DNA from: Phoronis australis
Taxonomy: Eukaryota > Animalia > Phoronida
Direction: 5' to 3'
Assembly: GCA_002633005.1 (NCBI GenBank)
Contig: NMRA01000125.1
Span: 1 to 64,000 of the forward strand
Length of the DNA: 64,000 nucleotides
The translations under genes were made by a program, and so were the position numbers. The notes under the pieces were generated by a model. That model saw nothing but the letters and a program-made list of their open reading frames with translations, was not told the origin of the DNA and did not search any database. Below are positions 54,420 through 64,000 of this stretch, in pieces (position 1 is the first letter of the stretch; every line of letters starts with the position of its first letter).

Positions 54420-56466
54420 GGGATCTAGTTTCAATGGCCAAAAGAAGCGCTTGTAAAAAAGGTCCAGTTTCGACACGTGGCTTTTTTTCACGTAACTTCA
54501 TCCAGCCTCAATAACATCCACAATTAGACCCTTGAAGGTAAACACAGCAGCATATCACTTGAGTCGTTTTGAGCCCAAAATCAGACCCTTGAAGTAGACC
54601 AGAGTGTTACTACGTTTCTTTAGCTTCAGTCCCTCATGTTTCTTCCAGGAAAGGAAATAAGCTATTGTCCACACCTGACTCATTGCCTATGAAGGGGCAT
54701 CCTCACCAACAAGGCTTACTTGGGTAGCAGTCAGATATCGTTCGTCTGAATACGCAGACAGTCCACTGGCACATTGTCTTATGGTAACTTAGTACTGCGA
54801 TTCACATTTCTCCAGGGCCACTGACTTGTACATTGTGCCACGCAGCACTGCTGGTGTGTGGAAGTGCTGTGGGAAGAGAACGGAGTAACAAAGCTTGTCT
54901 ATGATACAGCTTGAAGTGGCTTTAAAATGTCACTGAACCTGGAACAAATATTGAAATATGAATAATTAAGTACTCCAGATTGGGTCAAAAATGTTATCCC
55001 TGTTGTTCAAAAATATATGGTGACTGCTCTACAGTTTCACATAAAATTAAATAATTACTATTTTCAGAAACCAAGGGTGTATATAATAAGCATTGCATAA
55101 AACTGTGTCTTTATTTTTCATTCGTAGCCATATCAATTCTTTCAACGCATCACTTGTCTGCAAAATAGACAAGTTTTTTTAGACAACTTCAAACCTTTGT
55201 TACCCATTTTCAAGCCTTTTTAATTTTGATACTTTCAGCAATTTTAAACTCCGATTACAGGTTCATGGGTCTGTCAAGAATACTTCTAGTCTAACGTTGA
55301 GGGAACCGTTTAATTTTTCTTCTAATAGAAGATATGAAGACTTGGGTAATTTAAAAAGGATGATTAATCATTCTGTTGCTTAAGAGTAATTACAAATCGT
55401 AAGGCACCATCAAAAATGCATTTTTCACAAAAATGGCAGTCATTTGAATTTATAACGACTTCCAACATTTCAAGGCATGAGTTAAGACTATTCAGTCAGT
55501 GTGAATTCAGAAAATGTAATATATTTTCATGGGTTTACAATTGATACAAGTAGCAAAACAGTTTCAAGAAATCAACTTGAAGGGACTTCATGAAGGTTAA
55601 GAATTACCTCACCATGATCTTTTCCCAAACATGTGTTACCTGTTATTTCCACACATTCAGTTGTACCAAATATTACAACCCCCCATGCCAATCCACCGCT
55701 AAGGACCTGAATAAGTAAATTAACAAAATGACTTACATACCTTTCTTTAAAAATAGCTGTTCCTTTTCAAAGGCTTTGTTCGTTGCCTCCAACATTGAAA
55801 GTAGACTTTGACAATAGATCTGCACTGGATGGGAAGATCTTGTTGGTTAGCTGCAGTCAAATGCTAAAAACCAGTTTTTGTCCATTCAGGGACGGTGCAA
55901 AAGCGATGCATATCTCCTCTGCACGGTACAAGCCCTCAAACCTAAAAATCAAAGGTTACGTGAAAACAGACGTGATCGATTTCCATTTCAACGTGTAATA
56001 GATTTCCAGAAGACATATGATAGGGAGTAAACAAATAGTCTAATGCAATGGATATTTGTCATGTACCCCGCTTTGCCATTGGGCTTGGATTGTAATATTA
56101 ACTCATTAAATTGTATCGAGTTGACAGCATAAACATTCAGCATTGATTGATGTAACTGTCACTGATAAACTGTTAGAAATCATTCCAAACAATAATAATG
56201 CTTTGATGTACGAAAAGATCTCGATTGCTACGTCAAGTATCGTATCACATATCACAACAAACAAAGATTAACCCGACTGGCGACTGCCGCGAAGTCGACA
56301 TCGGCGAGTACCTCAGTTAACAGGCATCGGTAGAATAATCATTGAATAATCATTAAAATAATCACAAACCTTACCTTTGTATAAGGTCGTGCTTACTTCC
56401 TCTCATAGAAGCACCCTTTCACGCAATCTCAGATTCAGTTGGGACGGCTGCAAGCCAGTTCACCAT
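54420..56466 (-). pseudogene. SAP-domain plus YqaJ/lambda-exonuclease-like gene remnant
   Basis: First exon near 56375-56466 spliced to 55741-55941 gives GASMRGSKHDLIQRFEG (SAP-like). About 54420-54938 gives DKLCYSVLFPQHFHTPAVLRGTMYKSVALEK...SGL...YLTAT...LVGED, CPF...FPFLEE and AVFTFKGLIVDVIE...SKLDLFYKRFFWP. There are many stops and frameshifts. Confidence 0.7.
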
Positions 56467-57618
56467 GTATTTAAATGGCTCGCGAAATCGAGGCTGTTAA
56501 TCTATCACCACTAGTACACGCGCGCCCTCTAGTTATTGTAGATTTTCCGAATAGCCCCATTAGAAATCGTGTTTTGGCATCAAAAGCGCGAAGAACGGTG
56601 TATTCCCCCGATAGTCAATAGTTATAGCAATTATACAAACTACTTCTAGTCGTCGTATTTTAACTATTGATGAACTAAAAATAACGAGTAAAGTAATGTT
56701 TTTCCTTTTCTGAATTGATACAATAGTATGCGTTCACACTAATTGTGCTTAGTGCTTAGTTGAACAGCACGTAAGTCTTCCGCAATTTGGGTAATTTGCG
56801 CTGAGGCTGAGTCATTAGCATCGCGCACGACATTAAATGTCACACGGTGTATTTCTCACAACATGAAGGCCTATTTATAGTATGGTTTCAGAAAATTTTA
56901 CAGTTTACGCACGCATTCAGATCCATGCATCTACATCCGAAATAATGCTTTTATTTTAAACAAATTGCTCAAGCAAGCTAATGAGTTTCATTTATAGGAA
57001 TCTATTTTGCGTAGGCTGTGCTGCGATCTATAGTGCAGAGTAAAACAAGAAATGATTGGTAGAAAAATGCTAATTATTATGAAGCAAATAAAAACTAAAA
57101 TAGAAACAAAGACTACAAGATGGGCTTAAAGAAATGGTTGGTTCTGTAATATTACATTCCCGTCTTTTAGTTTTTTAGTTAAAACACGAATTTCCCTTGA
57201 TTCTAATCAATTTTGCATGCGTCACTCCGGATATGACGTCCGCAGCTCAGATCATTTCCTGCCTTCTTTGTTCCCTTGCAATTCTATTTGTGTTTGACAT
57301 AGCAAAGAATTTATAAAAACGCCGAGAAATATCCCCCTGAATTAATCTCATACAAGAATATGGAACTCTGTCCTCCAACTAGCCTATCGCTATCTAGCTA
57401 CAAAACGTATTTCAACACGTCGCCGCTATATCTGAAAATGCATGTTGATCTTGAGACGTACGACTCAAGCTGTCCTAGTTACTAAGTCACGACGTTTTGT
57501 TCAGGAAACAAGACCAAGTCATTTGAAACACCCCACATATTTACATAACCTCAGATATTTCTCCTATGAGGTGAACGACATCTGCGCATGTGCGACCTCA
57601 GTCATGCGGTGAATCATT

Positions 57619-58193
57619 CTAGCTGGTTCCCTGCGTGCCGCTGGGTGGGGCGGTAGCCGCGCCAGCACGCAGGTATCACTTAATTTTCCTCGGTAAATTG
57701 GCTAGTCGAATTCTCAACAGGCAGCGCTTTATGAAAACTGGCATGACTGATGGACTGAAGTGTAAATGTGGTCTGTTGTACAGACAAATCGGTGCTTAAA
57801 ATTTATGTTCAGGAAATGTGAAGCCTAGAAATTGTGCTTTGCGACTTTTCGGAATGCATATTTCTACTGACGATGACTTTTGTTTACGATAGTGTCCTGT
57901 ATTCATACAGTATGAATAACACACCGGTTAAATCGGCCAGATAATTATGTGTTTATTGCCAGTACATCTATGTGCTTCAAGCACGCGGCTCATTAATCAT
58001 CACTGCAGAAACGAAATAGTTGCTGCGACGCCACTTGCATGACAAGGCTAAAAATCGTTCACAGTCCGACATTTTTTCACGGTGTTGTAAAGCTAACCAA
58101 TGACTGCCGAGGTTACATCGACCAATGCTAAAGCGCGTGCCACTGCGTGATACCTGTGTGCTGGCTTGGCTAAGCACGCAGGGAACCAGCGAG
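57619..58193. mobile_element. MITE with a 9-bp target site duplication (Mutator-like TSD length)
   Basis: TIR ct(a/c)gctggttccctgcgtgc plus an inner inverted block gccagcacgcaggtatcac / gtgatacctgtgtgctggc. The exact sequence tgaatcatt occurs at 57610-57618 and 58194-58202. Confidence 0.85.
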
Positions 58194-58883
58194 TGAATCA
58201 TTCTCTTGTTTAAAACTGAGTCACATGGCTTTCCGGATGACTAAAATCTGTTCACGCGCTGTCGCCTTGCATCGTGTGTTATATTTTCACTTACCGCTCA
58301 TTCAACAATAAAATCAGTGTTGATTAGTTACTAGTATATCTAAAATTGTTATAAACCCCAAAGCTCATTGCGTAAAAGAAATCAAAATAAGCTTAAGGGA
58401 CAGTTAAACACAAGGAAATAGGCTTTTAAATTTTTAAATGCAAAACAATTTGAAACATTGGAATTCTCACCAGAGCCCACAAAACTCGTGGAAAAAGATG
58501 GTTTTTGTTGTCGTCTAGCCATGCTAGTTAGAAGACATGCATGCTGTACTGTTTCTGCTTCAAAGATGTCAACAAAATTGGCAGTGTCCTACCTTTACTT
58601 ATTTTTGTTTCGAACGTAAAAGAAACAGCCTCTGTCCTATTGCACAAAAATGCTTTGTTATGAGTTATAGAAATTTGTCACTTAAAGTACATAACAGCTT
58701 TCTGCTAAATGCCGTTTATGTGTGCCCCTTGACTCGATCAGTTCATGTCGGATGCAAATTACTTACACTCAACTGTCTCACTTGGTGGGACATTCAACGG
58801 GTTTCCGCACTCAAAATTCTTGCAATAACGACGAGTTTGCATGGTAATTTCCAGTGGGCTTGTGAATTAAAAAGTAGCGTCAC

Positions 58884-59085
58884 CAGAGCGCGGGGTCTAC
58901 TCTTGTGTTCGAAGTCGAAAATTGTTTTGACATATTCCGTTCTGCCTTTGAGCAAACTCAAGATAAATGTCATTCTGTGTTCGAGCATGCTTTATGATTT
59001 ACATGGATGACTGTCTAAGCCTAGTTCGCACTTGATCAACCCAGCACTAAAACTGTAAGTTCGAGTCTGAACTCGAAATTTCGAG
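58884..59085. mobile_element. Foldback MITE family, copy 4 (partial, opposite orientation to copy 3)
   Basis: ggggtctac...ctagttcgcacttgat...cccagcactaaaactgtaagttcgagtctgaactcgaaatttcgag is the inverse of 52530-52730. Confidence 0.55.
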
Positions 59086-62000
59086 ATCGATGAAAATATG
59101 GTTTTGGCGCCGTTATACAACTAACCATTTTTTCAAGACACATACGTCAACCCTGGACCCGTAAAATGTTTGGTACACTTGTTTTGGTCAATGATGAGCA
59201 CTTTTTTCTTGGCGCAAACATTGAAGTGCATTTGAACAATGTTATATAGTGGAACTGCTGCCAGCAATGAATTATTATGCATTCATACACACCACAGTAA
59301 AGGCGAGGGATGCGTGTAGGAAGGTCTGTGTAGTAGCGGTGGAAACTTGTTTAGAAGCAAGCCACGTGGCACAGAAATGAAGCCACTGTCAAGGATGGGC
59401 AGTGGAAATCCCTTCGTCTGGAAAACTGAGTTCCATCATGCAAACACTAAAGCTTTTTCTTGTATTGCTTGTGGTAGGAACTCTTCTATAGATAGAAGAA
59501 AAAACAACCAAGAGATGCTGTGTTCACTAGGATTAAGTCTACTCAGAGTGTTGTGTACGATGGGTACTTTCCTGAAAGAACACGTATGACACCAGCCAAC
59601 GTGTCTCAGCACAGGAACATATCGTTTTCTTGTGGACGTGCTAAGACCTACAGACAACATGCTTACCTGCACATATATACAAGAAACAAACAGCGTATTA
59701 GTAAAATTTGAGAAATCAAGCAGTGATTGAGTCTTAAGATTTTATTGTAGAATCTGTACTGTTGATACACAGTTACTGTATGCTAGTCTATATCCGAGGG
59801 TAAAAGTGTATGGCATGATAACATTTGACCTTTTGTTTCAAGTTTTTCATTTCCCGGTTATTTTTACTGCTTAGGTTCAACGCCCTCTAAATTACATGTG
59901 CCAAAGCTACCTTATTAGAACTGAACTGTTTTTACGAACCAGTTCCATAACGAAGTCTATTTAAACAGTTTCTTTAAGGAAGCTGGAATATTGTTTTTAC
60001 CATTTTGGTTCGGTTTGGGTTGTTTGGAATTAAAACTAGAAAAGATTTCACCAGTTTTCAAAAAGTTTTGATTTTCCCACAAACCTGTTGATGTGATTTG
60101 CATGTGATGCCAGTCTTTCAGACTTTTCTGGGAACACCGATTATAATTTTCCGGTATTATTGTTTGAGAATGTAAGAAAACACGGTTTTGGAGATTTTTG
60201 AACCCGGGTCAAAGATAATGATTCATTTCGTTGCATAACATGAAAAAATTTCGATCAACTTGAAACTGAACCGTAGCATTTGCGAAACTTTAAAGATATT
60301 GTGTTCGTGGTTAGAGCTTCATGTACAGTCCAAATAATGTCACACGAAATTTTGTTATGTTTTTCAAACAATCGTTTTCCAAAATTAATGTTTAGACATT
60401 TTAGATCTTTTTGTAGAAGGACATTACAATGCTGTGCGGTAAATCCACCAGGTTCTCTGAATTCCTACCGTGTATCGTGTCAAGGCAGCTGCATGCCTTC
60501 GTTGTGCGAAAAATAACCCTTCCTCCCTCAGCCCCCCCCNTCTCTCTCACGCCTTGCAATATTCCTCACTGAACTGCGCTTTTAAATTGAAGGAGTAATC
60601 AGAACCAGTACTGTGAAATGAAACAGTTCAACTCATCTTTTTTATTTTGCTATTACATCTTTGCAATAACATTCGTCACTGATTTCCATCTGCAGAAACA
60701 TTATTTTGCCGTTACCTGATACTTTGCAGTGGAACGATTCCTCGGTCGATCTTAGTTTGGGACCTCGTCTTCTCATTTTTTTCACCTAAAATCTGTACCT
60801 CAACACAATGGTAGGGAGTACCACCACGTCGTGAATCACGCTTCATAGTACTAACAGGGAAATCGTTTTCTGCAGCTAAAATGAAATATCAGTGTGGAAA
60901 CATTTACTATTAACATATGATTTCTATAAATATAGTGTTGTTGGCGATTTTCAGGCAATATATGTTTCTATTTTGGTTTATAAAATACTATAACGCAATG
61001 ATGATTCAACATGCGATACTTTCCTTGATGCAAAAAAGTATCGAAAATTCAGAAATCCTGTTAACCAAGTCTTTGTGTTATATTTTCATACGTCTTCTCA
61101 TCATAACTTCATGATTAATTTATTGATGCAATGCCAACTGTAACCATAATTTGCCAAAACGACGTCAATGTGGCTGATGCCAATTTCCGATCGCTTTCCG
61201 GTGCTCTCGAACGCGCTTCGCCGATGTGAGTGTTTGTGTAATAAAAGGTCTATCACTCTTAAGAACTCGTTAAAATGTTCGCCAACAGCATTTTCCGTCA
61301 CGTCTTGCTCACAGACCCCTTCTTGGGGGAACAAAAACTAAAAAAAAAATAAGTCACGTATCTTCACCTCATTTTCGGACAAAGAAGACGGCTTAAGACC
61401 ACGAAAACTTGTTGAATTTTGATGAAATCCATTACATCTGATGTTTCATAATTTTTCTTGAGCATAAAAGATTGCTATATTAATTATGTTAATGTTCTAC
61501 GTGTTTCACGAAGCAGTTGATGGGTTAGTGGCCAGTTGCACGTTTGCAAAGGTCGACTCCCAAGAGTAATCAAAATTTTCCCTGTTGACATAGGTTCATG
61601 GACTTTTTGAGTGCACCCCCAGTGAGGCCAGGCGCGTCTTTGCGACTGACTTTACTTCATTCAACCCTACCTGGCTAACAATTGTACCTTGCAGTGTTGC
61701 AGTCTCATAAAGTTATTTTGTCAGAGTTTGAAAATGACGTGTTCCACACGTAAAGGAATGTCCTCTTAAGGAATAACTAGAACGCGTGAGAAAGGAAATG
61801 CGGTTCGTGATGAAAGAACTGTGTATGCGAGAAAAGAACTCTGTTGATGAGAACACTCGAACGGTTTTTGACATTTAGTCACGCGATTCTTCTTATTTTA
61901 ATGTCTCTAAATGTGAGCGCTTAATGGTCTCATTATTGGCAAATATTCCTTGCACGAAAGTGTTTTTCATTTTGGTCTCAGTCGAGGTAGAAGTCAAGAC

Positions 62001-62548
62001 TATGAGATAAAACTGACAGTTTACTTAAGCGAGTATGCATGAAACAGCGCGTTGCCAGGCAACGGATTGTTAACTAGGTGCCATATAAGACGGCGCTACT
62101 AGTCGTTTGTATCAGGTTTTCAAGTTATAATTTAACCGCTCTTTTCATACAACGACGATATGGTCACACGGCTATGGGTAAGTTGTTTGATCTTCTGTTG
62201 ATGGGAACTAATACAGCGATGCCCGTCAACAGCTCTCAATATCACGTACCGAGGTTTTGGTGCTCGTTAAACTAGAATGTGAGCAGACGATAGGCACATA
62301 CCTGGGTTGTTCATACTTCGTAATTATCAATTTGGAATTGTAGCATTTGGGCTGCTTCAGTATTGTCATCATCAGAGCAAGGTCTCGATAATCGTACACG
62401 TGGAAAACATAGCCAACTTGTAATATATATGGTTATGACAGATTCGAGTACTCACTTGTGTGTTCCCGGTAGGGGCACTGAGAAACGCTTTCGCGTGGTG
62501 TCATCATGTATGACATAGTAGATGTACCTGACTCTATGCAAAACATAG

Positions 62549-63341
62549 GCAACCTTCAAAATGACGAGTTTAAATAAAAATGAGTAGCACGATGTTGACA
62601 TTTTAGGCCTAGCTGCAGTTTTCACGTGCTATCACTACCTCTTCGTAGTAGGGCTTTCATGGGAAAGGTTTAAATGAGATTTTTTTCGTAAAGCTGAGTA
62701 GTACGATAATATTGGCATTAGAAGACTTGGTAGAGTTTCCCGTGCTATTACTGCACGTTGGTAATAGCATGTCATGGACAAGCATTAATAACAAAATGTA
62801 ATTCGTGTTACAAAGACGAGTAAGTCCAGGACTTAAGATGATTATTCGCCCTGTAGTCGAATCGCGGTGCGGGAGACACCGATCTCGATATCGACATGTC
62901 CAGGGCCATTTCAAGTCGAATCTTTGAATATTCGCCGTTATGTGTTTTACAAAGTTATGGTTTATTCATATCGTTTGAAGAGTATTGTTGAGGTGTTGAT
63001 AAACAGCTCAACATCGTTCATTAGTTGGAATCTTGTCATAATTAACAATTCCGTTGCTAAAATTGGTACGAGTGGTAAGTTAAATACTTCTATTTGAGGA
63101 AAATATGAAATGATTTGACAAACAAGAATTGAATCGAAAATAATCGAATTCCTTCTCCTAAATTGAAACTAATTTAATCGAATCCTTAAAAATGTGTATC
63201 GCCCCAGCTAAGTATTCACAATGGATCAATCCTTGGGCAGCAACCTTCAAAATGGCAATTTTCTTTAATAAAAATGAGTAGCAAGACGATGACATATTAG
63301 GACTGGTTGCAGTTTTTAAGTTATTGCTATCGCCACGTCTT
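62549..63341. repeat. Diverged direct repeat of about 100 bp (about 62549-62643 and 63240-63341)
   Basis: gcaaccttcaaaatg...aataaaaatgagtagca...gacat.ttagg.ct...tgcagtttt...tgctatc occurs in both copies. Confidence 0.75.
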
Positions 63342-64000
63342 GGTTCAAATACTACAAATTGTTCATAAGAGAGAGTATCACGATCGTTTTGCTATTTGAA
63401 GACATGGTGCAGTTTTCTCAAGCTCTAGCTACTCGCAATGCTAATAGTACGTTATAAGCAAGGTTCAATGACAAGACTGTAATGTCTGTTAATAAAGATA
63501 GTAGACCGATGTTACCATTCAGAACCTGTTCCAGATACGTGTTAGTAATAGGACGTCTTAGCCAACATTCATCGATAAATGTAATTTTTGTTACTAAAGA
63601 TGACTAGGAGGATGTTACCATCGATGATTTGTTGACCTTTCAGCGCATTGTTGTTATTAGGCAGCATTCGATTACTAAACTGTCAGTTTTTGCTGACAAA
63701 GATTAGTAGAATTACGCAATTTTAGCCCATCGGAGCTCTGATTGTACACGATTTGTTTGTGTTTGAATTTTTTTTTTTTTAATTTGTCACAGAAGCATGA
63801 CGTTTGAGAAGGATACCGAGCTTGATTCTGACACTATTTCTAAACAATTTACAATAGTTACGTTTTCAATGCATGTGCGTCGCCTCTGAATCACACTTGC
63901 ACCAGCTTGTAACAACGTTAAAGCGATCATATATATCCAATCTCTCTACGAATAAGCGTCTTCACATCCCCTGTTGTCGGCGAATGGTTGCTCTTGACTT

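Larger units (their letters stand above)
53038..56558. mobile_element. Decayed ISL2EU-like (PIF/Harbinger-related) DNA transposon, internally deleted
   Basis: Perfect 13-bp TIRs GGGGCTATTCGGA (53038-53050 and 56546-56558), flanked by AT on both sides, with a shared subterminal tactagtggtgat. The element contains convergent THAP and SAP/YqaJ coding remnants. Confidence 0.8.

Noticed and set aside
59505-59560. Insulin B-chain-like QEMLCSLGLSLLRVLC
   Set aside because: The Cys spacing is one residue short and no A-chain CCxxxC pattern follows.
34811-60540. N bases at 34811, 46205, 46908 and 60540
   Set aside because: These are consensus ambiguities beside G/C homopolymers, not biology. They are a reminder that single-base calls (the TGA in A, the Phe in C, the frameshift in D) need read-level confirmation.
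60716-62460. Minus-strand exon-like segments (60716-60785, about 62301-62400)
   Set aside because: Splice-like signals exist, but no consistent reading frame or recognisable product could be built.

Overview
Intron-rich, AT-rich eukaryotic genomic DNA, most consistent with an invertebrate animal; the taxon cannot be determined from this window. I assembled the gene models by hand from GT-AG splice sites. Contents in order: (1) the last four exons of a glycerophosphocholine acyltransferase (GPCAT/Gpc1-like) gene on + (2012-5699); (2) a 3-exon MADF-BESS (Adf-1-like) transcription factor on + (13185-16948); (3) a tandem array of 5-exon classical short-chain dehydrogenase/reductase (SDR) paralogs on the minus strand. 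In the array, copy A (42829-49430) is intact except for one in-frame TGA where the paralogs have Cys, copy B (34287-40611) is intact with YxxxK, copy C (26661-31854) is intact but its catalytic Tyr is replaced by Phe, and copy D (18718-18928) is an orphan, frameshifted last exon. Mobile DNA includes a decayed L2/Crack/CR1-group LINE, a Penelope-like fragment, a Helentron/HINE-like element with an empty paralogous site, a non-autonomous Harbinger-like element, and a decayed ISL2EU-like transposon (THAP plus convergent SAP/YqaJ remnants, AT target duplication) that the ORF track misses. Several MITEs, minisatellites and local duplications are also present. I found no rRNA, true tRNA or CRISPR array. 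All family assignments are motif recognition by eye; no database search was run.
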